64,000 nt of DNA, taken from positions 1 through 64,000 of IMG/VR virus record IMGVR_UViG_3300029787_000028, one strand, 5' to 3'. The position numbers and the translations under genes were made by a program. The notes under the pieces are model-generated. The model did no database searches. It was not told where the DNA came from and saw only the letters and a program-made list of their open reading frames with translations. Shown here in pieces: positions 48,314 to 57,768 of this stretch (positions are counted from its first letter, which is position 1; every line of letters starts with the position of its first letter). The DNA comes from an uncultured virus (IMG/VR IMGVR_UViG_3300029787_000028) (Duplodnaviria > Heunggongvirae > Uroviricota > Caudoviricetes > Crassvirales).

Positions 48314-49344
48314 GATACCTCGCAACCACATTGCTGTTGTTGATCACCTTCAACGTGTCAGCACAGGCAGTAAAGAAAGCATTTAAGTTTGCCACCTTCT
48401 ACACCGCCTTCAGTGGTGGTAACTCCCTGTCAGACAGAGAGGTCTTTTCTGTGGCCAACGGCTTGCAAACTGACATTGTAGAAACTCCGTTTGACTTTGC
48501 CCTTACTGCAGGCGTTCGCAAGATCGCACGCTTTGGATACGAGAACAGAGCCAACACATTCTACAACGGAACAGAGAAGTCTTACGGAGACGCCGCCACC
48601 ATTGGTAAGGTGAGTGGCTTTGAGTTCTTGTTCGAGGGAGACTACAGGAGACAGCAAGGGGTCAACTACCTAGACCAAGACTACTTCCTTAGGTATGTGG
48701 CTGACAAGTGGATCACCAAGGTGGAGTTCCTGCAGGATGGATTCGCTGACGTCAGGTACTTCGAGGCATCCCAGAGAGCCAGGGTCAAGCTTGGTAAGCT
48801 GTCCCTCAACGCTGGAATCATGCAGAGATTGTCAGAACCCTATGGTTACGATCCTTTGAACGAGTGGTTGCTAGACAACAATCAACTTCATTTTACTTCA
48901 CTCGCTCTGCAAGAGGGATACGATATTGATGTGAACACAGGTGAGTTCTTCAGCCCTGATGGGACACTCGTTGCTAGTAGCTACGAGGTGTGGGAGGAAG
49001 TTGTTATCCCCCAGGCGCTCGAAGATTACGTGAGCAAGAAGCGTGGAGAACTGGACAATCAATGGGTTCATTCTGTGGTGGTTGGCTTTGACTACTATCA
49101 CTTCACCAAGAACTTTTGGGTGCATAGCTGGGCCAACCTGATCCCCTACCACCTAGACACAGATGGAGAGTACTCGTATCATAGGTTTGTTAACAGCGGG
49201 CAGTGGATAGACTACTCTGGGGGTCTTATATTTGGTAAGAGGTTCAATAAAAGTTTTGGTGTATTCGCAGAGGGTAAGTATCATAAGTACTGGGACAGGT
49301 CATGGCACGACTTCTCTCTGGGAATCAACTATGTAATAATTTGA
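48310..49344 (+). CDS. Putative outer-membrane beta-barrel protein
   Basis: Signal peptide ending VSA-Q; aromatic-rich amphipathic strands; ends FSLGINYVII. Confidence 0.65.
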   Translation: MRYLATTLLLLITFNVSAQAVKKAFKFATFYTAFSGGNSLSDREVFSVANGLQTDIVETPFDFALTAGVRKIARFGYENRANTFYNGTEKSYGDAATIGKVSGFEFLFEGDYRRQQGVNYLDQDYFLRYVADKWITKVEFLQDGFADVRYFEASQRARVKLGKLSLNAGIMQRLSEPYGYDPLNEWLLDNNQLHFTSLALQEGYDIDVNTGEFFSPDGTLVASSYEVWEEVVIPQALEDYVSKKRGELDNQWVHSVVVGFDYYHFTKNFWVHSWANLIPYHLDTDGEYSYHRFVNSGQWIDYSGGLIFGKRFNKSFGVFAEGKYHKYWDRSWHDFSLGINYVII

Positions 49345-49345
49345 T

Positions 49346-49630
49346 ATGGCTCAGCAGATAGGGGAGGATACGAAGATCACACTAGACCTAAAGACCATAG
49401 GTATGGCAGCCGCAGGGATTGGCACAATCGTAGCCATGTGGTTCGCCCTGCAAGCAGACATCGCAGAGGCAAAGGAACTGCCTGTCCCCCCATCTCCAGA
49501 TATCACGCGCATGGAGTTTGACATGAAGGATCAGCTAGTCCGTCAGACAATCATGAGTACACAAGAGGATATCACTGAGATAAAAGAAGACATTAAGCGT
49601 ATCGAAGAAAAAATAGATCAACTCAGATGA
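49346..49630 (+). CDS. Single-TM protein with C-terminal coiled coil
   Basis: IGMAAAGIGTIVAMWFAL; EDITEIKEDIKRIEEKIDQL. Confidence 0.7.
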   Translation: MAQQIGEDTKITLDLKTIGMAAAGIGTIVAMWFALQADIAEAKELPVPPSPDITRMEFDMKDQLVRQTIMSTQEDITEIKEDIKRIEEKIDQLR

Positions 49631-49633
49631 CCT

Positions 49634-49996
49634 ATGAAAGCTTTAGCCACCTGCATACTAATCTTACTTTTTTCCGCCGCAACATACGTTTCTGTACCTG
49701 CAGAGGATGAAGTTTGTGAATCAGGTATTTGCGTAGTAGAGTTTAACGCGAGCTTCAATGCTCAAAACAGTGTAGAATGGATCGAAAGCCTCAGCGACTG
49801 CGTCACAAACCGTGTAGACATTGCCTCTGCACCAAGCCTTCAGCAGGAGCACAAGATTGTGGTAGTACCCACGATCGTTGTATTCAACGAGGGAGAGGAG
49901 GTGAAGAGATTTCAGGCGAACATCATGATGACGATGGAGGCCAGCAAGGATGACGTACAGGGGGCCATCGACGAAATATTGATGAGCGACTTCTAA
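49634..49996 (+). CDS. Exported thioredoxin-fold protein lacking CxxC
   Basis: Signal peptide; VVEFNASFN where WCxxC is expected; VVPTIVVFNEGEEVKRF cis-Pro strand. Confidence 0.7.
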   Translation: MKALATCILILLFSAATYVSVPAEDEVCESGICVVEFNASFNAQNSVEWIESLSDCVTNRVDIASAPSLQQEHKIVVVPTIVVFNEGEEVKRFQANIMMTMEASKDDVQGAIDEILMSDF

Positions 49997-49997
49997 C

Positions 49998-50501
49998 TCA
50001 GTATTTTTTATCGTACTCCCAAACTCTGTATGACACCAGAGTCTTGATGTCGTGAAGCTTGAGAAGAGAGATGACGTCTTTCTTCCCCTCCCTTGTGTAT
50101 CTCTTTAGGTAGGCGTTCTTGTACTTGGTAACTGCCTCGTCAGAGACGTGCTTCTCGCAAAAGAATGCCAGCTCTTGCCTGTCTACTATGACAAACCCCC
50201 CTTCTTCTGGCATGTCGAACGCGATGATGGTGGCACCACCGTATAACCAACCTTTGTTCCCTCTCACGTTTGTAAACTCACACCAGATTTGATCTGGAAG
50301 GTTGTTGCCCTTGACATCGACACCCCACCGCTTGCCTGCTGGCGACATAGCCAACCAGTAGTCGATATGCTCATGCATATCCTCCGTGTGACTGGACTTG
50401 GTGACCAACAGCCCCTTGTGTCTGGCTGCCCTGAGAAACCTTATCTCTGCGACCCTGCCAGTGCTTGACTGATACTCACTGCGACTTGGCTTGATGTTCA
50501 T
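49998..50501 (-). CDS. Putative PD-(D/E)XK nuclease-fold protein
   Basis: GRVAE...HIDYW...VDVKG...WCEFTN..G.KGWLYG. Confidence 0.55.
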   Translation of the reverse strand: MNIKPSRSEYQSSTGRVAEIRFLRAARHKGLLVTKSSHTEDMHEHIDYWLAMSPAGKRWGVDVKGNNLPDQIWCEFTNVRGNKGWLYGGATIIAFDMPEEGGFVIVDRQELAFFCEKHVSDEAVTKYKNAYLKRYTREGKKDVISLLKLHDIKTLVSYRVWEYDKKY

Positions 50502-50694
50502 CGATCAGAGTTTTAATCAGGTCAAGCTCCTGATAAATTTTGCTTTTGCTTTCGAGCACCTCTCGATACACCTTTTCAAAGTCCTCTTGTGGATAACCCT
50601 GGTTGTCGTGTATGGCTTCATACAAGTCATCTACGACCTCATGGATGCGGTCGCAGGCAAAGTGATACATCCAACTAAGCTCAGATCTCTCCAT
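50476..50694 (-). CDS. Hypothetical protein
   Basis: Fills gap in the minus-strand operon. Confidence 0.55.
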   Translation of the reverse strand: MERSELSWMYHFACDRIHEVVDDLYEAIHDNQGYPQEDFEKVYREVLESKSKIYQELDLIKTLIDEHQAKSQ

Positions 50695-51136
50695 TCTTAA
50701 TAGATGCTAGTATTTCCTGGATGGCGTGGTCCACTTGCTCCCTGTTCTTAGCTAAAAATACAACATCTGGGGCCTGTTTCTCCACCAAATGTTTGAGGAA
50801 CAGCTTCCATCTCATGGGGAAGTCATGATGCGATGGCAGATACCCTTTCGTTTCTATGACCCACGCATGATCCTTACCCACAAAATCAGGCTTGTATGTG
50901 ATGGGCAGCACAACAGAACCTGTCTTGTCCGTCATGTGCTTTGCCCTAGCCGTCATCTTGAAGTACTTGTTGGGATATCGAAACTTGTCTTGCAGTTCGT
51001 AGGTGTGCTCTTCATAATCGAAAGCCAACCCATTCTGTTTCAGTTGATCCGCACAATACTTTTCGATTGCAGATGCGTATCTTCCCAAGCTTTTCTTTCG
51101 AGAGGTCTTTCTGCTCCTCTTCGCTTTCTTTCGCAT
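50681..51136 (-). CDS. T7 endonuclease I-like / Holliday junction resolvase
   Basis: YASAIE...FDYE...TYKPDF...IETKG...RWKLF. Confidence 0.75.
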   Translation of the reverse strand: MRKKAKRSRKTSRKKSLGRYASAIEKYCADQLKQNGLAFDYEEHTYELQDKFRYPNKYFKMTARAKHMTDKTGSVVLPITYKPDFVGKDHAWVIETKGYLPSHHDFPMRWKLFLKHLVEKQAPDVVFLAKNREQVDHAIQEILASIKNGEI

Positions 51137-51152
51137 GAGTCAATATACACCA

Positions 51153-52955
51153 TCAATCCTTCAAAAAGCTGGTGTTCAGTGGCATTTGTTTTTCACTCTC
51201 ATTAAATGATAACGTGTCGAACAGTGGCTTCTGTGCTGCCCAGCTAGTAAATCCTGTATGTGATAGGTTCATAGTCATGCGGTAGGGCTCTTCCAGTGGC
51301 GTGGGTCTACCACCTGTCTCCGTCACCCTGACTTTCCTGACGTGGAACTCAGTCATCTTCCTGATGTTGTGGTCTGGAGACTGCACCTTCCTGTGAATCG
51401 TCACAAAGCAATCACACCTGTTCACAAACTTACCCCCTCCCTCTGTGTCCTCTGCGTATGGGGCGATGGGCAATCCGTCTGGGCCTTTGCGACGTTGAGC
51501 CTCTGTAAATGCGTGGGTGTTGACCCATACAGCGATGTCGTTAGCCTTGCTGAATGTCAAAAACTCTGATGCTGCCTCGTAGTGGTAGTCGTGTGGGGTG
51601 ATGCTGCTGTTTCCAAGGTCCAACTTCAAGCTGTTGTATGGGTCCACGAATATGCCATCGAGTCCACGCTCACGCATGATCTTCTCCATAAACAAGATGA
51701 TGTCGCTGTAGCTATACACCTGGTTGTTGTTGATGATCACAAAATGCTTCTGCACCCATTCGTATGCCATCGTTCGCTCGTGGTAATTCATGTCAGTCAC
51801 CTTCTTGTTCATGGCAAACTGCATGAGCTCCATCTTCACAGACGCCGTCTGGTTCTCGCTAGAATATATAGCCCACTTCCATCCGTGCTTGATTGCAGCG
51901 TTCACAATCATGTACAGCACCGTGGTTGTCTTTCCCACATTGCTATGTCCATTGAGGATGACGAACTCCTTTTTGTACCTGAAGTATTCGTCCAACGCTT
52001 CATCCCCTGTGGGCAGTCCAAGCTCAATCAACCCCTGACTGAAGTCATCAATCCACTTCCAGTCCACATCGTCTGATGCAATGAAGGACATGTCCCCATC
52101 ATTCAACTGCATCTCCCTCTCTACTGACTGCTCCTCACGCATCAGATCCCTGATGGGCATCAGCTTCCCGTGCTCAAGGCCATCACGTATCGTGTGCATA
52201 GCCTGAGACTCACTGTCAATGTCTCTCTTGGTTATTTCCCTGATGAGTACACGAACAGCCTCGTCCTCCTCAATGCGCCCAGCTGCAACGTATCCACCAC
52301 AGAGCTTGGACGCTCTCAATAAACTCGCATGCTTGTCACCGTCGTCAGCATGACGGATCATACGGGCCGCCAGGTTTAGGCGCATGTAATCTGTGTGATC
52401 CCCCTTGACCTCTATCTTCTCCTTCTCCTCCCTGTTTTCTACGAGCAGCCCAGCAAACTTTTCGTGATTTTCCTTGATCACAATATCTGGGTCGTATGAC
52501 TCAAAGCAAGCACGAGATTCGTTGATGCCTGACTCATCAACGTCCAACCCATACTGACTGTCAAAGTACTTTACTAGTGCTCTAAAATGATCCCTGTGTC
52601 TTTCAGGGTTGGTGATCTTCACCAGAGCCTTGACGCCATGGCCACTGGGTGATACCCAACAGGACTGCACATAGTTGTCTGTCGCTAAGGATGTCTTGGT
52701 GCTGTCTACATCAACATGATCGAAGTCCAAAACGATAAAGCCAGAGTGCTCAAAGAGAGCTTCGTCAGCGCGTTCTGAAAACTCACCACTCCAACATACA
52801 ACGGGTAGTTGCTTCTTCTTCTCAGTCTCTCCGTCTCTTACATCACTTATGGTCGTAATCGACTTCCCATCCTGAATCCTTGACAGTGCTTGTTGTAGAC
52901 TGACGTGCCAGGGGTTGGTCTTGTCGTAGACGTTCTTGAATATTGTTACTTTCAT
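51153..52955 (-). CDS. Primase-helicase: BT4734/VirE-N primase domain + DnaB-like helicase
   Basis: KKQLP, HSGFIVLDFDH, SPSGHGVK; Walker A GHSNVGKT; FVDPYN. Confidence 0.85.
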   Translation of the reverse strand: MKVTIFKNVYDKTNPWHVSLQQALSRIQDGKSITTISDVRDGETEKKKQLPVVCWSGEFSERADEALFEHSGFIVLDFDHVDVDSTKTSLATDNYVQSCWVSPSGHGVKALVKITNPERHRDHFRALVKYFDSQYGLDVDESGINESRACFESYDPDIVIKENHEKFAGLLVENREEKEKIEVKGDHTDYMRLNLAARMIRHADDGDKHASLLRASKLCGGYVAAGRIEEDEAVRVLIREITKRDIDSESQAMHTIRDGLEHGKLMPIRDLMREEQSVEREMQLNDGDMSFIASDDVDWKWIDDFSQGLIELGLPTGDEALDEYFRYKKEFVILNGHSNVGKTTTVLYMIVNAAIKHGWKWAIYSSENQTASVKMELMQFAMNKKVTDMNYHERTMAYEWVQKHFVIINNNQVYSYSDIILFMEKIMRERGLDGIFVDPYNSLKLDLGNSSITPHDYHYEAASEFLTFSKANDIAVWVNTHAFTEAQRRKGPDGLPIAPYAEDTEGGGKFVNRCDCFVTIHRKVQSPDHNIRKMTEFHVRKVRVTETGGRPTPLEEPYRMTMNLSHTGFTSWAAQKPLFDTLSFNESEKQMPLNTSFLKD

Positions 52956-53208
52956 TTTCCTTTGCAATCATGAGCAGGATCATATATCCTACGATGTCTT
53001 TAAGTGTGTCCTCCGTATCCTCTACGAGCCCACTGTTTTGTATCCGTTTTAGTTTTTCATCAATGCGAATCTTGATGCTGCTGCTCGCACTCGCTTGACT
53101 GAAAATACTCAGGGGGCTGAGGGCCGCGTCACCATAAGCTGCGTTCTTCTTCAGAAGCAAGCTTTTAATCTCCTCACACTTTTTCTTGATGCTGTCTTTT
53201 GTGCTCAT
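52843..53208 (-). CDS. DUF1599 (nucleotide-modification-associated) protein
   Basis: KKNAAYGD...RIDEKLKRI...EDTLKDIVGYMILL. Confidence 0.7.
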   Translation of the reverse strand: MSTKDSIKKKCEEIKSLLLKKNAAYGDAALSPLSIFSQASASSSIKIRIDEKLKRIQNSGLVEDTEDTLKDIVGYMILLMIAKENESNNIQERLRQDQPLARQSTTSTVKDSGWEVDYDHK

Positions 53209-53530
53209 CTGTAGTCAGGTTTGAGTATGAAATACGTTTCTTGTCAATGATGTCCCTCACAATGATGTGCTTATCTGATTTCGCATTCTTTCCATACAGC
53301 TCTTGTCCAAGCCTGTGCATGGTTTTGCTGTCATACTTGCGAATGTCCGCAGGCGTATCAAAGACGGATACTATCCACACGACACGCTCGTGTACAACCT
53401 TCTTTTTTTTGAAGGCGACACGAGCGGTCATGTAATAGATAGGAGCTTTAGAAGGGGAGGTCATCCTCCTTCTGCGCTGCTTTCTTAGCGCGTTTCTCCT
53501 TCGCAGCTTCGCTGTTAGGATCGTACACAC
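53174..53530 (-). CDS. Hypothetical basic protein (true start probably internal)
   Basis: ORF in operon. Confidence 0.5.
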   Translation of the reverse strand: MCTILTAKLRRRNALRKQRRRRMTSPSKAPIYYMTARVAFKKKKVVHERVVWIVSVFDTPADIRKYDSKTMHRLGQELYGKNAKSDKHIIVRDIIDKKRISYSNLTTDEHKRQHQEKV

Positions 53531-53744
53531 GGCAGCATGACTTGCCGTTCTTAGACATGAACATGGTCAGGTAGATGTTGCCACCTTGTCCTTGTTCGTT
53601 ACGCGATGTAGCGTACTTCTCAATCATCTCCTTCATCTCGTGGTCTTTCAGACGCACGGTCCAGGCAATGATGTTTTTGTTGTCGTCCCGCAAGGGCTCT
53701 TCAGCGTATCCACAGAGGACGCTGTCATACTTTTGATCGCTCAT
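53448..53744 (-). CDS. Putative single-stranded DNA-binding protein
   Basis: Acidic tail EDDLPF; next to exonuclease and annealing protein; ATG 53744. Confidence 0.6.
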   Translation of the reverse strand: MSDQKYDSVLCGYAEEPLRDDNKNIIAWTVRLKDHEMKEMIEKYATSRNEQGQGGNIYLTMFMSKNGKSCCRVYDPNSEAAKEKRAKKAAQKEDDLPF

Positions 53745-53839
53745 AGTATAGGGTTTAATTAAATAGTTGGTGTAAAAATAGGAGAATGGATAGGGCACAT
53801 GCCACCCAGAAAACTTGGGTGATTACAATGCCCACACAT

Positions 53840-54598
53840 TCAGACAATAAATTCAGCAAAATGCTCTTCAGAGTTTTGTTTTCCATTCAAATAATTGTTG
53901 ATGTTCTCAAGGGCTTGATGGAATTTCATCTCACCTCTGAACATGGTTTCTTCTGAACACTTGACGTTAGCTGGGTAGTAGGGGTATGTCTTCTCTTGCA
54001 CCACCCAGTAAAAATCTTTGATACCAAAGACCTTGCTGTAGATGTATGCTTGGATGTCATAGCTGAAGCTGTTGACATCATACCTGAACTTGTCTATGCT
54101 GCGCGATGACTTCGAATCAATGATGCGATCATCTTGTAAGCAATCCAAGAACCCCTTGAGTGGCACCCCATCCAGGTCAACATTGAACTCAACCTGGAAC
54201 TTACCACCATCGAATTGTGTGTAATACAAGCCACAGTCTTTGAGTCTTGTGATCATCGTCTTGGCCTGATCCCAGTCTTCCTGTGATACAAGCGTTTGAT
54301 CCGTGTTCTTCGATGCTTGTTCTGCCTTCCACTCTTTGTATCGCTTTGTGCTTCTAGGATTGCGGCCACCAATATCAGCAACCACATCGCTGTCGTCAAG
54401 AGTATAATATAACTCATTGGCTTTGTCTGGTTCGAACAACAGCATGTCGTACAACGTGCCAAAGCGTAACGCATCTGACTCTTTCTTCAGCTCACCCCTC
54501 ATGTACATCTCCCACAAACGCATGTCTCCAAGCGCATGCTTAATAGAGCTGTATGAAAGGTGTGGCTTACCCACTGCCTGTTCGAGCTGCTTTCTCAT
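53840..54598 (-). CDS. RecE / exonuclease VIII-like PD-(D/E)XK nuclease (DUF3799-like)
   Basis: LSYSSIK, ALRFGT, KGFLDCL..IIDSKS, YDIQAYIY, VVQEK. Confidence 0.8.
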   Translation of the reverse strand: MRKQLEQAVGKPHLSYSSIKHALGDMRLWEMYMRGELKKESDALRFGTLYDMLLFEPDKANELYYTLDDSDVVADIGGRNPRSTKRYKEWKAEQASKNTDQTLVSQEDWDQAKTMITRLKDCGLYYTQFDGGKFQVEFNVDLDGVPLKGFLDCLQDDRIIDSKSSRSIDKFRYDVNSFSYDIQAYIYSKVFGIKDFYWVVQEKTYPYYPANVKCSEETMFRGEMKFHQALENINNYLNGKQNSEEHFAEFIV

Positions 54599-54810
54599 TC
54601 TGAGATGCTGTATCGTGCAATCTGAGTGGACTCCCCGTGCCTGTTGGGGACAGACACAAAGTCTCGTTCGATTTCGTAGCTCATCTCTTTGATGTCATGG
54701 ATGCGAGCCGCTAGGCGGTAGCACCCAAGATCACGCATGGCTTCAAGAGCTGTGATAGATCCGTGGTCACGGATGTATTCCACAATACGAATGGCTTGAT
54801 TCTGTCTCAT
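54595..54810 (-). CDS. Helix-turn-helix protein
   Basis: GSITALEAMRDLGCYRLAARIHDIK. Confidence 0.8.
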   Translation of the reverse strand: MRQNQAIRIVEYIRDHGSITALEAMRDLGCYRLAARIHDIKEMSYEIERDFVSVPNRHGESTQIARYSISE

Positions 54811-55361
54811 CGTACAAACTTCTGGAGTCCTGCCACCTGCTTGTCCGTAAGCTGTTCACCATACTTCTTGGTGATGGCCTGGAAAGCTTTCTTCTTGTCT
54901 GATTGAGACTTGATGTACCCTACAGCTTTGTCCATGATGTTTTCGACGGGGGCATCAAGGGCTTTCGCAAGTTTCTGTACAACAGGATTGTCCACGAGTT
55001 CTTGCTGCTTCGCAATGGCTTCTTCCACTTCATTGGCCGAGGCGATAGAGGTATCAATGCCGATTCCGAGCATGGCCAATGAACGCCCAACGGCTGATGT
55101 TTCACAGTTTTCGACATAGCTAGTCTTGTTGATGTTAGATGATCCGCGCTCCTCGTGGGCATGACCCACAGCCACCACACGCCCCTGCTCATTGGCAATT
55201 GTGCATTTGCAAACGCACGTCTTGTCGTCTAGCATGGGGAAGTCTGTTGCTATCGTCCAGTTTTTGTACTGCTGCTCTTGTCGAAAGAACTTGATGCGTT
55301 CGTTGACTTCAACGTACTGCTTGCCACGGATGTTCGTGGTCTTGAATTTGTAGTTTGACAT
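54807..55361 (-). CDS. Single-strand annealing recombinase (Rad52/Sak-like)
   Basis: IRGKQYVEVNERI...ENCETSAVGRSLAMLGIG. Confidence 0.7.
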   Translation of the reverse strand: MSNYKFKTTNIRGKQYVEVNERIKFFRQEQQYKNWTIATDFPMLDDKTCVCKCTIANEQGRVVAVGHAHEERGSSNINKTSYVENCETSAVGRSLAMLGIGIDTSIASANEVEEAIAKQQELVDNPVVQKLAKALDAPVENIMDKAVGYIKSQSDKKKAFQAITKKYGEQLTDKQVAGLQKFVR

Positions 55362-55383
55362 TGAGTTGAATTGAATTGTTGTG

Positions 55384-55391
55384 CAAATCTA
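55384..55391 (-). promoter_or_regulatory. -7 element TAGATTTG for the recombination/replication operon
   Basis: TAnnTTTG on minus strand; TTG 20 nt upstream (55412-55414). Confidence 0.65.
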
Positions 55392-55400
55392 TGTTGAAAG

Positions 55401-55862
55401 TTATTTCTGTGCAAGTCCCTTGTTCTGTTTGGCTAGAATCCTGCACTTCATGTCCATCAGGCCAATGATGACTCTGTCTATGTCCTCAAGGGCTCTGCGT
55501 GGACTGATGTCTACGTTGTATGACTCATGAAAGATGGGTGCAATGTCCAATCCTCTTGTCACATTATTCACCACCTCAACTGCTGTTGCATACTTGTTGC
55601 GATACGCGGGTGAGAACCTGATCATGGGTTCGTGCTCTTTGTTGTAGTGTACGATCGAGCTGTGGTCCTTGTCGAACAAAGCACCAATACTGGCGTATGA
55701 CAGGTATGGTCGAAGGGCGTTCGATACAGCTGCACGGTGTTCAACCATGGGTCTGTATCGTTTGACATCGTCAATCTTTTCCCCAATCTGTCTTTCATAT
55801 TCCGCTCTGACCTGAACGGCTAACTCACTCATTATTCCTCTCATTGTGTTGGTGCTTTGCAA
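55401..55862 (-). CDS. DnaA C-terminal-like HTH protein
   Basis: SYASIGALFDKDHSSIVH resembles DnaA domain IV (IG..F.RDHTTV.H). Confidence 0.6.
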   Translation of the reverse strand: MQSTNTMRGIMSELAVQVRAEYERQIGEKIDDVKRYRPMVEHRAAVSNALRPYLSYASIGALFDKDHSSIVHYNKEHEPMIRFSPAYRNKYATAVEVVNNVTRGLDIAPIFHESYNVDISPRRALEDIDRVIIGLMDMKCRILAKQNKGLAQK

Positions 55863-56208
55863 TCTCTAGGATTCGCAAATATGTGGCCAACACCTTGAAC
55901 GTGTCAAGTACAGACGTGTGGAATTTTTCGATTTCCTCAAAGCTTAGGCGGTCTGACTGCGACAAACCCATGTCATCAATCAGTTCTTCTCCTGCCAAAC
56001 GGGACTTGAGTTCGTCCACCACCACGCCAATGGTGATGCCAGCAACATCTACAAATCCATCTGCTACCTCTGAACCGCTTTGATTGAGCCAGTCCTTTGC
56101 CCCCATCTTGAAAACATCAAGACGTACAAGCTTTCCTGCGATGATAGTGGAGTGCTCTCCATCCTGTTCCTGCTTGTCTACGATTTTGTGAATATTTTTT
56201 TGTGTCAT
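55825..56208 (-). CDS. Hypothetical protein
   Basis: ORF track. Confidence 0.55.
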   Translation of the reverse strand: MTQKNIHKIVDKQEQDGEHSTIIAGKLVRLDVFKMGAKDWLNQSGSEVADGFVDVAGITIGVVVDELKSRLAGEELIDDMGLSQSDRLSFEEIEKFHTSVLDTFKVLATYLRILEIAKHQHNERNNE

Positions 56209-56468
56209 GCTTTGTAGCTGTTTATATGTTAGTTTGTATATAGATATATAAGCTTATATACTGTTAAGAAGCAGGTGGTTCATCCTTTGATTCATTCGAA
56301 TCATCATATCCCTCTGGTCTCCAACCACTTAACAGCTTCCTCTTAGTGTACTCCTCCAAGACCTGTGGGTTATCTTTCAAGAATCTCTGCATTTTACGTC
56401 GCCTGGCTCGCGGCGTGTGATCGTTCCTGCCCACGTCAAACTGCGGGACAGATGGGGGTGTGTCTTTC

Positions 56469-56855
56469 TTAGGCATAGATTCCTCTTTTGTGTGTGAACA
56501 TGGCATTCAACTGCAAGCCATCTCTGTTGTCGTGCGTGTCTGTAAACCAGTGCGGGTTCTTCCGTGGGTTGTACTTATAGTGCGTCATCTCATCAATGCT
56601 GTATGATTTCATGCTGTAGTCCGCGTCCCAGACGGCGATGTTCTCGCACTCCACCCACGCACAGACCGTCTTGTTTTCTCCATTAAAGATTCTCTTGGCC
56701 GTCGCGGGTTGATTGCCAAGCTTGCAGTCTAGCATCTGAATGCTGTACGAATCAGGCTCGTAGTATTTTTTGGTGCCTCGCTTCTTGTCGAACACCTGCC
56801 ACTTCATGTAGTTCTCACCTTTGGCCAGGTGGAATCGCACCCTGTATCTTTTCAT
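56469..56855 (-). CDS. Hypothetical phage protein
   Basis: YRVRFHLAKGENYMKWQ...KTVCAW...YNPRKNPHW. Confidence 0.65.
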   Translation of the reverse strand: MKRYRVRFHLAKGENYMKWQVFDKKRGTKKYYEPDSYSIQMLDCKLGNQPATAKRIFNGENKTVCAWVECENIAVWDADYSMKSYSIDEMTHYKYNPRKNPHWFTDTHDNRDGLQLNAMFTHKRGIYA

Positions 56856-56867
56856 GTTGCATGAATT

Positions 56868-57506
56868 TTAAGCATTTAGTTTTTCCATTTGGTAATTTGC
56901 AAGCTTCTCGAAATTCCTGACCCCTGTGTACATGTCATACCACGTCCTGTCTTCCATCTCATCCCACAGGAAGTCAATGGTCCTGGCTGATGCCTCTTTG
57001 TGTGTTACGTTTAGTGCCATCGTGCTCACCAGATAGCACAGTGCATTCTCAGGCAGGTTATGGTTGTTAAGCTCTAAAAAATTGTAGTCGTATTCGCTTG
57101 TTAGGTGGGGGACCATCATAGAAGCAAGACTCTTTCGAGTCCTGCCCTTCTTAATGCCTGAATCCTTAATGAATTTCATACGTCGCTCCCAGATGCCTGG
57201 CGCATGCCTTTGAACCATTTTGTCCCTGTTTTCAGACTCCACATGTGATCTCATGACGGCATATATCTTGCTGTAGAAAGCAAGCACATCGTCGTACTCG
57301 TCTTCTTCGATGCTATGAGCCTCCATAAAATGATGTAAATCTTTCTTTAATGTGTCAGTGTCAACCTCTCTGATTGTCTCTGTAGGGATGCCCATGGACA
57401 CCATGATTTCTGGGTTCCATAAAGCTCTTGCCATATCTTGCTTCGACTCCGTAGATGTGATTGCCGCGCTCAGAATCTGAAGCTCATGTCCTTGCAGTTC
57501 TTTCAT
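56868..57506 (-). CDS. Hypothetical protein
   Basis: 212-aa ORF, ATGA-coupled. Confidence 0.6.
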   Translation of the reverse strand: MKELQGHELQILSAAITSTESKQDMARALWNPEIMVSMGIPTETIREVDTDTLKKDLHHFMEAHSIEEDEYDDVLAFYSKIYAVMRSHVESENRDKMVQRHAPGIWERRMKFIKDSGIKKGRTRKSLASMMVPHLTSEYDYNFLELNNHNLPENALCYLVSTMALNVTHKEASARTIDFLWDEMEDRTWYDMYTGVRNFEKLANYQMEKLNA

Positions 57507-57754
57507 GTCAATCGTTTAGGGGTTTCTTGAGGAAGGCTGTCGAAGTTCTTGCTTTCAAGCCTGCGATGTTCTGCTTTTATTTCAGGGTTGCTCATGAGTG
57601 CAGCCCTCTTGAGCTCATAGTTCAACAGCTTGCCGCACTCCCCTACAAGCTTCGCTGTCGCTGTCGCCTTAAAGACATCAATCTCATCGTTGTCTAACTT
57701 CTCTAGGGTTGATGTGAGCTTGTGAAACAGGCTCTTTGTATTTACTGGTTGCAT
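57503..57754 (-). CDS. Hypothetical protein
   Basis: ORF track. Confidence 0.6.
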   Translation of the reverse strand: MQPVNTKSLFHKLTSTLEKLDNDEIDVFKATATAKLVGECGKLLNYELKRAALMSNPEIKAEHRRLESKNFDSLPQETPKRLT

Positions 57755-57768
57755 AATTATGGGTTTAA

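Noticed and set aside
3038..49152. Many antisense and alternate-frame ORFs in the track
   Set aside because: They are shadows of long genes, without motifs or initiation context; only 7234..7656 was kept
49634..49996. Redox-active thioredoxin as an auxiliary metabolic gene
   Set aside because: No CxxC at the active-site position, and it has a signal peptide
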